Shown: positions 26,712 to 36,199 of the stretch, one piece after another
Position numbering within the stretch: the stretch's first letter is position 1
How the letters are laid out: each line of letters begins with the position of its first letter
IMG/VR virus record: IMGVR_UViG_3300011113_000415
Source: a virus
Lineage: Duplodnaviria; Caudoviricetes
Reading direction: 5' to 3' (one strand)
DNA: 64,000 bases
Position numbers and translations under genes: made by a program
Notes under the pieces: model-generated
The model's input: only the letters and a program-made list of their open reading frames with translations
Told to the model about the DNA's origin: nothing
Databases searched by the model: none

Positions 26712-28853
26712 ATGGCCACATCCTTAACCCCAGAAGAAATTCAAGCCGCATTTGATCAATTCAATACAGAATTCAATCGAACTGGCAAAGTCAGTAAAGA
26801 AACAGCAGAAGCCTTTGCTGATGCCAAAGCCGGCATCAAAAACTATACCTATCAACTGAATCTCAGCCTAAAACAACTGGGCACTTCCATGTTGAACTTT
26901 GGCGAGTCCCTGAAAGACGGCAAACAAGGTGCATCGGTCTACAACGACAGTATCCAAGCAGGTGCCGACGCAATTGATGCATTTGCTGCCAAATTTGGTA
27001 TCTTGGGCAGGATCATTGGTGGCTTGGCCACAGCCGGTGCTAGATATGTGGTAGAAGTCAACAAGCAGAGTGACAAACTGTTCGAAAGTTATCAGTCACT
27101 CAGCAAGTTTGGTGCTGCCAGTGCTTCGGGCATGAGTGGTGTGTTCCAAAGCATGCAGGACTTTGGCTACAATATTGAACAACTGGGCGACTTTGGTAAT
27201 CTTATCAAACAAAATGCCGAATCATTGGCCTTGATGAGTGGCACGGTAAATCAAGGCACTCGAGTGTTCACTGACGTGGCCAAAGGAATTCAGAGAAGCG
27301 GCCTGCAAACAGAATTCCTGCGCATGGGCATGACCGTGAATGATATCAATTCGGGCATGGGCGGTTATTTGAGAATACAAACATTAACAGGAGCCGCACA
27401 GCGCAAGACCACAGGCGAACTCACACAAGGTGCCGCAGAGTATATCAAAAATCTGGATCTGTTGTCTAAACTCACAGGCAAAAACGCAGAAACAATTCAA
27501 CAAGAACGCGAAGCCAGAATGATGGAACAGCGATTTGTTGCTGTGCAAATGGAACTAGAAGACAAAGCCGCACAGGCCAGACTTGCTGGTAATGAGGCAC
27601 AGGCCAAGGCATTTGAAACACAAAAAGCATTAAATGATGAACTTATAGACAGGGCACCAACACAAGAACTGAAAACAGCAATTATAGGTGCTATGACCGG
27701 ATTTGCAGGCACCAACAAAGAAGCAGAAAAACTTTTGAGAACTGCACCAGTGGCATTTCAAGCAATAGCCAGACAAAGTGGCGAGGCTCCGGGTGCAATA
27801 CTTGACATGATTGGTACAGAAGGACAACAAAGAAGGCGCGAATTTACGGGATTGGGTAAAGTTGGTGGATTTGACGATGTGTTTATTCAATTGGGATCAA
27901 TTAACAAACTTCGCAAAGACAATCTTGAGCAAGAAAAGATAGCCGCAGAAGAGGCAAAAGATCAAAGGAAAAATTTAGACAAGGCCACAGAAGCACAGGT
28001 AGGATTGCGTCAGGAACAGATGGAAGCAACTCGTGCGCTTCAGACCTTTATCAATCAAGGTGTAAATCGTACCACCAGGGCTATGTCAAATCTCAGTGGT
28101 GCTATTGAAACTGTAACTAGCAAAATACCCGGCACAGGTACTACCACAGGCACCACGGGCACTGGACGGGGTAACGAAGCAGTGGGTGGCACAGCCAGCA
28201 TGGTCAATCAGACCACTACCATACTGAATCAGGCTGGTCAAGTGGTGGAACAGCGTCAAGGTGGCAACCGCAACTGGCGCAACAACAATCCAGGCAATAT
28301 TGAATACGGACCTTTTGCGATCAGCATGGGTGCCACTGGCAGTGATGGCAGATTTGCTATATTCCCTACCATGGACATGGGATACAAAGCCGCTGATGCA
28401 CTCATGAAAGGCAAGAACTATCAAAATCTCAGCATTGCTGATGCAATCAAACGCTGGGCTCCTCCTAATGAAAATGATACCAGAGCCTATCAACAGAGAT
28501 TCCAGGCAGCAGGATTTGATCTAAACAAACGCTACAGTGACCTTTCTCCAGTAGAACAACGCAGGTATTTAGAAACCAAGATGATGGTAGAAGGGGGCAA
28601 AGCAGGCACAGTCACAGCAGGCCCTGGAGGCACAATGTCGGGACCTGTTGACCGTTATGCATCTTCGTTGAGAAACGTGGACACCAATATAGCCAGTGCC
28701 CAGGCCTCAACTGAAACTTCATCTGCAATCAACAATGCTAGAAATCAAAATGATCTAATTGTGATACAAATAGCCAAAATGGATGAACTGATTGGGCTTA
28801 TGAAAGCCAATAATTCTATCAACAGCAAGATACTGCAACGAGCCCGGAACTAA
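26712..28853 (+). CDS. Tape measure / tail-associated protein with C-terminal lysozyme-like domain (~713 aa)
   Basis: Ala/Gln-rich helical region; RNWRNNNPGNI...GRFAIFPT...AIKRWAPPNENDTRAY muramidase-like motif; start MATSLTPEE. Confidence 0.7.
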   Translation: MATSLTPEEIQAAFDQFNTEFNRTGKVSKETAEAFADAKAGIKNYTYQLNLSLKQLGTSMLNFGESLKDGKQGASVYNDSIQAGADAIDAFAAKFGILGRIIGGLATAGARYVVEVNKQSDKLFESYQSLSKFGAASASGMSGVFQSMQDFGYNIEQLGDFGNLIKQNAESLALMSGTVNQGTRVFTDVAKGIQRSGLQTEFLRMGMTVNDINSGMGGYLRIQTLTGAAQRKTTGELTQGAAEYIKNLDLLSKLTGKNAETIQQEREARMMEQRFVAVQMELEDKAAQARLAGNEAQAKAFETQKALNDELIDRAPTQELKTAIIGAMTGFAGTNKEAEKLLRTAPVAFQAIARQSGEAPGAILDMIGTEGQQRRREFTGLGKVGGFDDVFIQLGSINKLRKDNLEQEKIAAEEAKDQRKNLDKATEAQVGLRQEQMEATRALQTFINQGVNRTTRAMSNLSGAIETVTSKIPGTGTTTGTTGTGRGNEAVGGTASMVNQTTTILNQAGQVVEQRQGGNRNWRNNNPGNIEYGPFAISMGATGSDGRFAIFPTMDMGYKAADALMKGKNYQNLSIADAIKRWAPPNENDTRAYQQRFQAAGFDLNKRYSDLSPVEQRRYLETKMMVEGGKAGTVTAGPGGTMSGPVDRYASSLRNVDTNIASAQASTETSSAINNARNQNDLIVIQIAKMDELIGLMKANNSINSKILQRARN

Positions 28854-28856
28854 CAC

Positions 28857-28862
28857 TAAATA
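28857..28862 (+). promoter_or_regulatory. Late promoter box 7 nt before the portal ATG
   Basis: CTAAATAA, no SD. Confidence 0.65.
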
Positions 28863-28869
28863 ACACACT

Positions 28870-30648
28870 ATGGCTGGATGGCGAAAATATTTCAAAGTGG
28901 CTGACCTCTCAGGTCAGATGAGCCCAATTTCGGGCGGCAGAGATTCAGGACTGCCGGGTTATCCCCGCAACGATGGCCGCGGAACCAATCTGGCACAGAC
29001 AGATTTTGCGTTTCGCAACTATGCATCACGACTGCCAGAAGTGTACTCAGGACACCCAAATCGTATCGAACGCTACAATCAGTATGAAAACATGGATGCT
29101 GACTCCGAAGTCAATGCCTGTTTGGACATTATTGCTGAGTTCTCTACACAACTCAGCGAAGACAACAACACGCCTTTTGAAATCAACTACAACGACGAGC
29201 CCACTGATCATGAAATAGAGATTATTCGCAAGCAGATGCAACAGTGGACCAAACTCAATAAACTGGATCAGCGCATCTTCAAACTGTTCCGCAATACCAT
29301 CAAGTACGGTGATCAAGTGTTTGTGCGTGACCCCGAAACATTTGAAATGTACTGGGTGGATATGAGCAAGGTCAGCCGAGTGATTGTGAACGAATCCGAA
29401 GGCAAACGTCCAGAGCAGTACATCATTCGTGACATCAATCCCAACTTCCAGAATCTAACTGTGGCAGCCAAGACCACCACAGACTTCATGGTCAACCCAC
29501 CCACAGGCGGTGGCTACAATCAAGGCTCGGGCTATACCATGCCCAATACTGCCATGACAGGCACCAGCAGATTCAGCCGTGCTGTGAACGAAACCTGTAT
29601 TGATGCCAAACACGTGGTGCATCTAAGTCTTAACGAAGGCTTGGACACATTCTGGCCCTTTGGCAAATCCATACTTGAAAACATTTTCAAAGTATTCAAA
29701 CAAAAAGAACTGTTGGAAGATGCCTTGTTGATCTATCGTGTACAACGTGCTCCTGAGCGCAGAGTGTTCAAGATTGATGTGGGCAACATGCCATCACACT
29801 TGGCTATGGCCTTTGTGGAACGTGTGAAAAACGAAATGCACCAGCGCAGAATTCCCACATTTGGTGGCGGTGGTGGCAATATCATGGATAGTAGTTACAA
29901 TCCGCTATCAATCAATGAAGACTTCTTTTTCCCAACAGGTGCAGACGGACGTGGCTCATCAGTAGATGTGTTGCCCGGCGGTCAAAATCTAGGCGAAATC
30001 GACGATTTAAAGTATTTCAACAATAAAATGGCCCGTGGTTTGCGTGTGCCTAGCAGTTATTTGCCCACTGCTCCCGATGATTCTGAGCGCACCATGCAGG
30101 ACGGCAAAGTGGGCACAGCATTGATTCAAGAGTACAGATTCAACCAGTATTGTGAGCGATTACAAGCACTAATCATGCAGAAACTGGATGACGAATTCAA
30201 GATGTTCCTGCGCTGGAGAGGCTTCAACATTGACGCTGGCCTGTTCCAACTGCGATTCAATCCGCCACAAAATTTTGCCAGTTACCGTCAAGCCGAGATG
30301 GACACAGCACGTATCTCTAGTTTTACCAGCCTAGAGCCCTTGCCCTACATGTCAAAACGCTTTATGCTAGAGCGTTTCTTGGGTCTCAGCAAGGACGAAA
30401 TTGAACGCAACGAAACCATGTGGCGTGAAGAACGTGATCAGCCTGAACTGCAAACCACACAGGGACAGGATCTACGTTCAATTGGCATCACCCCAGCCGG
30501 CATGGAAACTGATATTGCCACTGGTGAAGAAATGGCCAACTTACAGGCACCTGGAGCAGAGGGTGCTGTATCAGCCGCCCCTGCTGGCGCTGTAGGAGGA
30601 ACTATTCCCGGTGTTCAAGCACCGGCTGCCACACCCGCAGGATTATAA
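28870..30648 (+). CDS. gp20: Portal vertex protein
   Basis: RYNQYENMDADSEVNACLDII, LLEDALLIYRVQRAPERRVFKIDVGNMP, EDFFFP, LPGGQNLGEIDDLKYF. Confidence 0.95.
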   Translation: MAGWRKYFKVADLSGQMSPISGGRDSGLPGYPRNDGRGTNLAQTDFAFRNYASRLPEVYSGHPNRIERYNQYENMDADSEVNACLDIIAEFSTQLSEDNNTPFEINYNDEPTDHEIEIIRKQMQQWTKLNKLDQRIFKLFRNTIKYGDQVFVRDPETFEMYWVDMSKVSRVIVNESEGKRPEQYIIRDINPNFQNLTVAAKTTTDFMVNPPTGGGYNQGSGYTMPNTAMTGTSRFSRAVNETCIDAKHVVHLSLNEGLDTFWPFGKSILENIFKVFKQKELLEDALLIYRVQRAPERRVFKIDVGNMPSHLAMAFVERVKNEMHQRRIPTFGGGGGNIMDSSYNPLSINEDFFFPTGADGRGSSVDVLPGGQNLGEIDDLKYFNNKMARGLRVPSSYLPTAPDDSERTMQDGKVGTALIQEYRFNQYCERLQALIMQKLDDEFKMFLRWRGFNIDAGLFQLRFNPPQNFASYRQAEMDTARISSFTSLEPLPYMSKRFMLERFLGLSKDEIERNETMWREERDQPELQTTQGQDLRSIGITPAGMETDIATGEEMANLQAPGAEGAVSAAPAGAVGGTIPGVQAPAATPAGL

Positions 30649-30651
30649 ATA
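30644..30651 (+). promoter_or_regulatory. Full T4 late consensus TATAAATA overlapping the portal stop
   Basis: 4 nt before ATG 30656. Confidence 0.7.
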
Positions 30652-30655
30652 CAAC

Positions 30656-30874
30656 ATGATCCTGAATGAAATTTACGAGCGTGCGCCCAAAGGCTATCAA
30701 GATGTTGCGGCAGACAACACACAGCCCCACCTGGGTCAACTGCGTAAAACCAAACTCACACTCAAGCAGTTGAACAAACTGCGCCGTATGCAAGATACTC
30801 GCACCTATGAGTATGCGGAAAAACTCAAACTGATCCGCAAACAGTATGCACCGCCAGCACAGCCTGCGATGTAA
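30656..30874 (+). CDS. Small basic protein (72 aa) between portal and prohead core genes
   Basis: MILNEIYER...RKTKLTLKQLNKLRRM; start assigned from the promoter position. Confidence 0.65.
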   Translation: MILNEIYERAPKGYQDVAADNTQPHLGQLRKTKLTLKQLNKLRRMQDTRTYEYAEKLKLIRKQYAPPAQPAM

Positions 30875-30924
30875 AAAAACTGTCATTTATTGCAAAAAAC
30901 CCACCATAAACCGCATAGTTTTTG

Positions 30925-30943
30925 CCTATAGTGTAAATATAGG
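30925..30943 (+). promoter_or_regulatory. Late promoter TAAATA (30934-39) embedded in the inverted repeat CCTATA/TATAGG
   Basis: Followed by hairpin CTGCC/GGCAG (30951-65) and AGGAG SD. Confidence 0.6.
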
Positions 30944-30996
30944 TATAGATCTGCCATGAGGGCAGGACTACCCAACACACCCTTTAGGAGACATGA

Positions 30997-31821
30997 ATGA
31001 GCAAGAACCAGTTTGAACAATTGATCGAATACGTGATCAATGACGAAGAAGCCAAGGCCAAAGAACTTTTCCACCAAATTGTTGTGGCCAAGAGTCGTGC
31101 TATCTATGAAGACCTCATGGATGAAGAAGCCGAAGAACAAGAAGAAAGCATTGAAGAAGACAATGCCATGGGTGAAGAGCCTGTTGAAGTTGACACAGAC
31201 ATGAGCGAAAGCCTTGGTGGAAGCCAAGCCCAAGACATGATCGACGACGTGGAAATGGAAGAACAAGGCATGAGCGAAGATGACAGCGAATTCGACGATG
31301 AAGCAGAAACTGCCGGCAAAGATCTAACACACGACATCGAAGATGCACATGACGAAGGTGATCTTGAAAATCGCGTGGTTGATTTGGAAGACAAACTAGA
31401 CGAACTCATGGCAGAATTTGAAGCCATGATGGACGGTGGTGACGCCAAAGACATGGACGACACACCCGACATGACCGATCTTGAAGTGCAAGACGACGAG
31501 TTTGAAACTGAAGGCGCCATGCCCATGGAAGAAGCCATCAATCTCAAGCAAGTACACCCAAAGACTACAACAGCCGAAGAAGGTGGTACCAACACCAAGT
31601 CAACAGTGGCATTCAACAGCGGCAAGACAGGCATGGCAGGCGCACCAGTCAAAATGACCGGTGACACAGCACAAGGTCGTCCTGCTCCAACTACCAAGGA
31701 CTTGATTGGCAAAGTGGGCAACACACCTGCTCAAGGCACACAAGATCCCAAGGCCGCACCCAAGCCAGTGACATCACAAGCCGCAGGCGTGAACACACGT
31801 TCACCATTGCCAAAGGCCTAA
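30997..31821 (+). CDS. Highly acidic prohead core/scaffold-type protein (gp67-like position)
   Basis: Glu/Asp-rich 274 aa lying between portal and protease; AGGAG SD. Confidence 0.65.
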   Translation: MSKNQFEQLIEYVINDEEAKAKELFHQIVVAKSRAIYEDLMDEEAEEQEESIEEDNAMGEEPVEVDTDMSESLGGSQAQDMIDDVEMEEQGMSEDDSEFDDEAETAGKDLTHDIEDAHDEGDLENRVVDLEDKLDELMAEFEAMMDGGDAKDMDDTPDMTDLEVQDDEFETEGAMPMEEAINLKQVHPKTTTAEEGGTNTKSTVAFNSGKTGMAGAPVKMTGDTAQGRPAPTTKDLIGKVGNTPAQGTQDPKAAPKPVTSQAAGVNTRSPLPKA

Positions 31822-31826
31822 TCTAA

Positions 31827-32474
31827 ATGAGATATCTACAAGAGCATTTGAACTTCAATCAGGCCAAGATTCGCGTCTTGGTCGAAGATGCTCCTGACGG
31901 CAAAGGCCCATTCAATGGCAAGAACTTGTACATGGAAGGCATCTGTATCGAAGGCGGAGTAAAGAACGCCAACGAACGTGTGTACCCTGTGCATGAAATT
32001 GCCAAGGCTGTGGACACCATCAACAAACAAGTTGTTGAAGGCTACAGCGTGATGGGCGAAGTCGATCACCCAGAAGATCTCAAAATCAACTTGGATCGTG
32101 TGAGTCACACCATTGACAAAATGTGGATGGATGGACATTGCGGTTATGGCAAGTTGAGAATTATTCCAACACCAATGGGACAACTGGTTAAAACTATGTT
32201 GGACTCAGGTGTCAAACTCGGAGTTTCGAGCCGTGGTTCCGGTAACGTGAACGACGGCAACGGACATGTCAGTGACTTTGAAATTGTCACTGTCGATGTT
32301 GTTGCTCAACCCAGCGCACCACATGCTTATCCTAGAGCCATATATGAAGGACTTCTCAACATGAAGTACGGACATAGGGTTCTGGACGTGGCAAAAGACG
32401 CAGGCAAGGACAGCAAGGTACAGAGATATTTGCAGAACGAGGTAACTCGTTTGATCAAAGATCTCAAAATATAA
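31827..32474 (+). CDS. gp21: Prohead core protease
   Basis: KNANERVYP, GEVDHP, LGVSSRGSG, DVVAQPSAP. Confidence 0.95.
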   Translation: MRYLQEHLNFNQAKIRVLVEDAPDGKGPFNGKNLYMEGICIEGGVKNANERVYPVHEIAKAVDTINKQVVEGYSVMGEVDHPEDLKINLDRVSHTIDKMWMDGHCGYGKLRIIPTPMGQLVKTMLDSGVKLGVSSRGSGNVNDGNGHVSDFEIVTVDVVAQPSAPHAYPRAIYEGLLNMKYGHRVLDVAKDAGKDSKVQRYLQNEVTRLIKDLKI

Positions 32475-32485
32475 GGAGTAAAAGC

Positions 32486-33586
32486 ATGCTAGATGCTATT
32501 AAACCATTGCTTGATAGTGAACTGATCAACGAGGAAACTCGCACGGCTATCAGTGAGGCTTGGGATGCCAAACTGACTGAAGCACGTGAACAGGTTCGCG
32601 CAGAACTCCGCGAGGAATTTGCGCAACGCTATGAGCATGACAAATCAGTGATGGTAGAAGCCTTAGACAAAATGGTAACAGAAGGTCTTGCCGCAGAAGT
32701 TCACGCCGTGGTTGCTGAAAAGCAGGCATTGGCAGAAGACCGTGTTCGTTTCCAAGTCAAGATCAAAGAAGATGCAACTAAGTTCAACAACTTCATGGTC
32801 ACAAAATTGGCAGAGGAAATCGGCGAATTGCGTCGAGATCGTAAGATGCACACAGAGGGACTGGGTAAACTGGAAAACTTTGTGGTACATGCATTGGCCC
32901 GTGAAATTCAAGAATTTGCAACAGACAAACGTGACGTGGTGGAAACCAAGGTTCGTTTGGTCCGTGAAGCACGTGGTCAACTGGAAAATCTCAAAGCACG
33001 TTTTGTAAAAGAAAGTGCCGAGAAGATGAGCCAGGCTGTTAGCCGTCACCTAAAGGCTGAACTCACACAATTACATGAAGACATCCAGGTTGCTCGCGAG
33101 AACAATTTTGGTCGTCGTATCTTTGAAGCATACGCCGCTGAATTTGGTGCTACTCATCTCAATGAGAAAGCCGAAGTTCGTAAGTTGCATGATATGCTGG
33201 CACACAAAGATCATCAATTGAGTGAAGCCATCAAACTCACACAGAGAGCAAAAACTCTGGTTGAGTCCAAAGAACGTGAAATACGTATTATCAAAGAATC
33301 CAATGTGCGTCAAAACACCTTGGAAGAATTGCTCGCACCTCTCAATGAAGAGAAGCGTGAAACAATGCGTAATTTACTCGAAAGCGTACAAACAGCCCGT
33401 CTGAATGCCGCATTTGAAAAGTATCTACCAGCCGTACTAGCCGAAGGCCGATCAACAAGTAGCCGTAAAGTGATTGTTGAAAGTGTGTCGGAAGTGACTG
33501 GTGATAAAACTGCCCGTAGCCAAGTAGAAGATAATGTTGAAGACAACAGCAACGTTATTGCTATCAAGCGCCTGGCAGGCCTCTAA
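32486..33586 (+). CDS. gp22: Prohead core scaffold protein
   Basis: Coiled-coil, Glu/Ala/Lys-rich, between gp21 and gp23; AAGGAG SD. Confidence 0.85.
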   Translation: MLDAIKPLLDSELINEETRTAISEAWDAKLTEAREQVRAELREEFAQRYEHDKSVMVEALDKMVTEGLAAEVHAVVAEKQALAEDRVRFQVKIKEDATKFNNFMVTKLAEEIGELRRDRKMHTEGLGKLENFVVHALAREIQEFATDKRDVVETKVRLVREARGQLENLKARFVKESAEKMSQAVSRHLKAELTQLHEDIQVARENNFGRRIFEAYAAEFGATHLNEKAEVRKLHDMLAHKDHQLSEAIKLTQRAKTLVESKEREIRIIKESNVRQNTLEELLAPLNEEKRETMRNLLESVQTARLNAAFEKYLPAVLAEGRSTSSRKVIVESVSEVTGDKTARSQVEDNVEDNSNVIAIKRLAGL

Positions 33587-33607
33587 ACAAAGAAAAAGGA
33601 GACAGAA

Positions 33608-34819
33608 ATGTCAGAACAACTATTAGAAAGTCGCTGGGGCGAAACCAAAGAAGCATTGCTTGAAGGTTTGAACGGTTCCAAGCGCAACTCAATGAGTGTG
33701 ATCCTCGAAAACACTCGCAAGTACTTGAAGGAAAACGCAAGTTCTGGTTCAACAGGCAGTGGCAATATTGCAACATTGAACCGTGTGATTTTGCCAGTGA
33801 TCCGACGTGTAATGCCAACTGTTATTGCTAACGAGTTGGTAGGCGTTCAGCCAATGACAGGTCCAGTTGGTCAAATCCACACTCTGCGTGTGCGTTATGC
33901 CAACTCTATGACTGACAACAGCCCAGCACAAACTAGTGTTGCCGCTGGTCAAGAAGCATTGAGCCCATTCACTATTGCTCAAGCATACTCTTCAGCATCT
34001 AGCGTGACAGCAGGTACTGTTGACTCAACACAAAACATCTACTCTGGTGCTAACACATCAGTTCTAGAAGGTTCTGGTGGTCGTCAAATTAGCGTGCAAA
34101 TCTTGAAGCAGGCTGTTGAAGCCAAGACTCGCAAGTTGCAAGCACGTTGGACATTTGAAGCCGCTCAAGACGCACAAGCAATGCATGGTATCGACGTTGA
34201 AGCCGAAATCATGGCTGCTTTGGCTCAAGAGATCACTGCTGAAATTGACCAAGAGATTCTTTTGAGTCTCCGTAGTTTGGCCGCAACTGAGTACACATAC
34301 AACCAAGCAACCGTTTCAGGTACTGCTACATTCGTTGGTGACGAACATGCCGCATTGGCAGTTTTGATCAACCGTGTTGCTAACTTGATCGCACAACGCA
34401 CACGTCGTGGCGCAGGTAACTACGCAGTTGTATCTAGTGCAAGTTTGACAGTGTTGCAAAGTGCAACTACTAGTGCATTTGCACGTACTACAGAAGGTAC
34501 ATTTGAAGCACCAACAAACACCAAGTTTGTTGGTACACTCAACGGCGCAATGCGTGTGTTCGTTGACTCTTATGCTAGTGACACAACTCCTGTGTTGGTT
34601 GGCTACAAGGGTTCTTCAGAAGCAGACGCTCCAGCATTCTACTGCCCATACATCCCATTGATGTCAAGCGGTGTTGTGTTGGATCCAACAACCTTTGAAC
34701 CAGTCGTATCATTTATGACACGTTATGGCTTCATTGAACTCACTAACACTGCCTCTTCATTCGGCAATGCTGGTGACTATGTCGGAGAAATTGCCGTTTC
34801 TAACCTGAGTTTTTCGTGA
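33608..34819 (+). CDS. gp23: Major capsid protein
   Basis: RRVMPTVIANELVGVQPMTGPVGQI, KQAVEAKTRKLQARWTFEAAQD, EITAEIDQEI, YCPYIPL, FMTRYG. Confidence 0.97.
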   Translation: MSEQLLESRWGETKEALLEGLNGSKRNSMSVILENTRKYLKENASSGSTGSGNIATLNRVILPVIRRVMPTVIANELVGVQPMTGPVGQIHTLRVRYANSMTDNSPAQTSVAAGQEALSPFTIAQAYSSASSVTAGTVDSTQNIYSGANTSVLEGSGGRQISVQILKQAVEAKTRKLQARWTFEAAQDAQAMHGIDVEAEIMAALAQEITAEIDQEILLSLRSLAATEYTYNQATVSGTATFVGDEHAALAVLINRVANLIAQRTRRGAGNYAVVSSASLTVLQSATTSAFARTTEGTFEAPTNTKFVGTLNGAMRVFVDSYASDTTPVLVGYKGSSEADAPAFYCPYIPLMSSGVVLDPTTFEPVVSFMTRYGFIELTNTASSFGNAGDYVGEIAVSNLSFS

Positions 34820-34844
34820 TCTATCGATTACAATTACTTTAATA

Positions 34845-34868
34845 AAAACGCCCTTCGGGGCGTTTTTT
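34845..34868 (+). terminator. Rho-independent terminator after gp23 (probably bidirectional)
   Basis: AAAAA-CGCCC-TTCG-GGGCG-TTTTTT; C(UUCG)G tetraloop. Confidence 0.9.
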
Positions 34869-34869
34869 A

Positions 34870-34898
34870 TTGACAAAAATATTAAAAAAGTTTATATT
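34870..34898 (+). promoter_or_regulatory. Possible sigma70 promoter pointing antisense into the TPR-glycosyltransferase gene
   Basis: TTGACA-17 nt-TATATT. Confidence 0.35.
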
Positions 34899-36054
34899 AA
34901 ATCTTAAACCAACCCAAGAACTTGGCGATTTTATTCATAGGACCTGACCAGTCGCCATAGCGTTCTTGACGAAACAGTCTAGCAGTGGTATACCAAGGCG
35001 AGTCATCGCGATTCTGCATCCAGCGCCAGCAGTGGCCATAAGCATTGAGTGGGATCCATAACGGACGTCCCATGGCACCTGCTAGATGTGCGGCAGCAGT
35101 GTCTACTGAAATCACAAGATCCATGTGATGCATGAGTGCGGCTGTGTCAGCAAAATCGTTTATGGTGCCTGGGTAGCACTCTACTCCTGCTGCCTTGACC
35201 GTAGCAGTGTCTTCATCCGACGCATCTACCTGCAGGTTGATCCATTGATGTTCAGGAAATCGCCGCACCAGTTCGGCCATGGTCTCAGCCGGCATGCTTT
35301 TGTGTTGGTTGATCCAGGAGTCTTTGCGTCCTGACCATGCAATGCCAATTCTCATGCGTTGTTTTGGGATGCCCAGGCGTTCAGCCCAGGCCTGTACTCT
35401 AGCCTGATCAGGTTGCACATATTGCAAATAGTGTTGTACATTCTCCAGTCGCATGTTCAGCAGTCTTGGCAGGCTCATCATGGCCACCCAGTAGTCAAAA
35501 TCACCTATCACATCTTCAGTATTGGCAGTCACACTCAGGATGGCTGGGGGTGTGTTGATCAACAGGGGCTTGATACTGGGACTCACATGCAGTCTAATTT
35601 TGGCACCCCGGTCTTGCAAATTGCCACAGAATCTCAAAAACTGAATTTGATCTCCCAATCCCTGCTCACCTATGACCAAAATGGTCTTGTCACGTAGATC
35701 TTCACCGGCCCATTCAGGTCGGGGCAATCGAGGCTTGGTACCCTCCAGGTGTTCGTAGCGCCAGCGACTTTCGTACAAGCGCCAACCCTGCTCATAGTTG
35801 CCCAGCATGAGATGTGCCACGGCCAGATTGAATTCTGCTGTGACATTTGTGGGATCTATCAGTCGTGCTGTTTCCAAAAAAGGAATGGCACGTTGAGCGT
35901 CGCCCATTTCTCTCAGCACGTTGCCATAGTTGTTGAAACCTGCAAAGCAGTTGAGGTCTTGCACAAAAGCCTGTGCATAGCATGCTATGGCCTGTTCGGG
36001 ACGGTGTTGTTCTCTTGCTTGATTGCCCAGGGCAATTAGATCATCTGTGGTCAT
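34897..36054 (-). CDS. TPR-repeat plus GT-B (GT9-like) glycosyltransferase
   Basis: Three to four TPRs (FNNYGNVLREMG, AEFNLAVAHLMLG); GEQGLGDQIQFLRF; DLVISVDTAAAHLAGAMG; likely start MTTDD 5 nt after a TAAATA box (36060-65). Confidence 0.85.
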   Translation of the reverse strand: MTTDDLIALGNQAREQHRPEQAIACYAQAFVQDLNCFAGFNNYGNVLREMGDAQRAIPFLETARLIDPTNVTAEFNLAVAHLMLGNYEQGWRLYESRWRYEHLEGTKPRLPRPEWAGEDLRDKTILVIGEQGLGDQIQFLRFCGNLQDRGAKIRLHVSPSIKPLLINTPPAILSVTANTEDVIGDFDYWVAMMSLPRLLNMRLENVQHYLQYVQPDQARVQAWAERLGIPKQRMRIGIAWSGRKDSWINQHKSMPAETMAELVRRFPEHQWINLQVDASDEDTATVKAAGVECYPGTINDFADTAALMHHMDLVISVDTAAAHLAGAMGRPLWIPLNAYGHCWRWMQNRDDSPWYTTARLFRQERYGDWSGPMNKIAKFLGWFKI

Positions 36055-36103
36055 CACAATATTTAAATCAATGACAGCACAGCCCAAAATAAACCAATGA
36101 CCA

Positions 36104-36199
36104 TAAATACAGTCAACGCAATTGGGCGTTTTATGCGGCGATTAATACCCACCGCGTAGCGGCTAGAACCCGCATGGGGCTTCTATAAGGAGAAATCAA
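36104..36199 (+). promoter_or_regulatory. Late promoter (TAAATA 36104-09) plus GC-rich structured 5' leader of the 276-aa gene
   Basis: Stems AACGC/GCGTT, ATGCGG/CCGCAT, CCGC-GTA-GCGG and TAGAA-CCC/GGG-TTCTA abut the AAGGAG SD. Confidence 0.55.

Noticed and set aside
31104-31724. 206-aa Ser-rich antisense ORF
   Set aside because: Shadow of the acidic core protein (GAA/GAC codons read as Ser/Phe/Val on the other strand)
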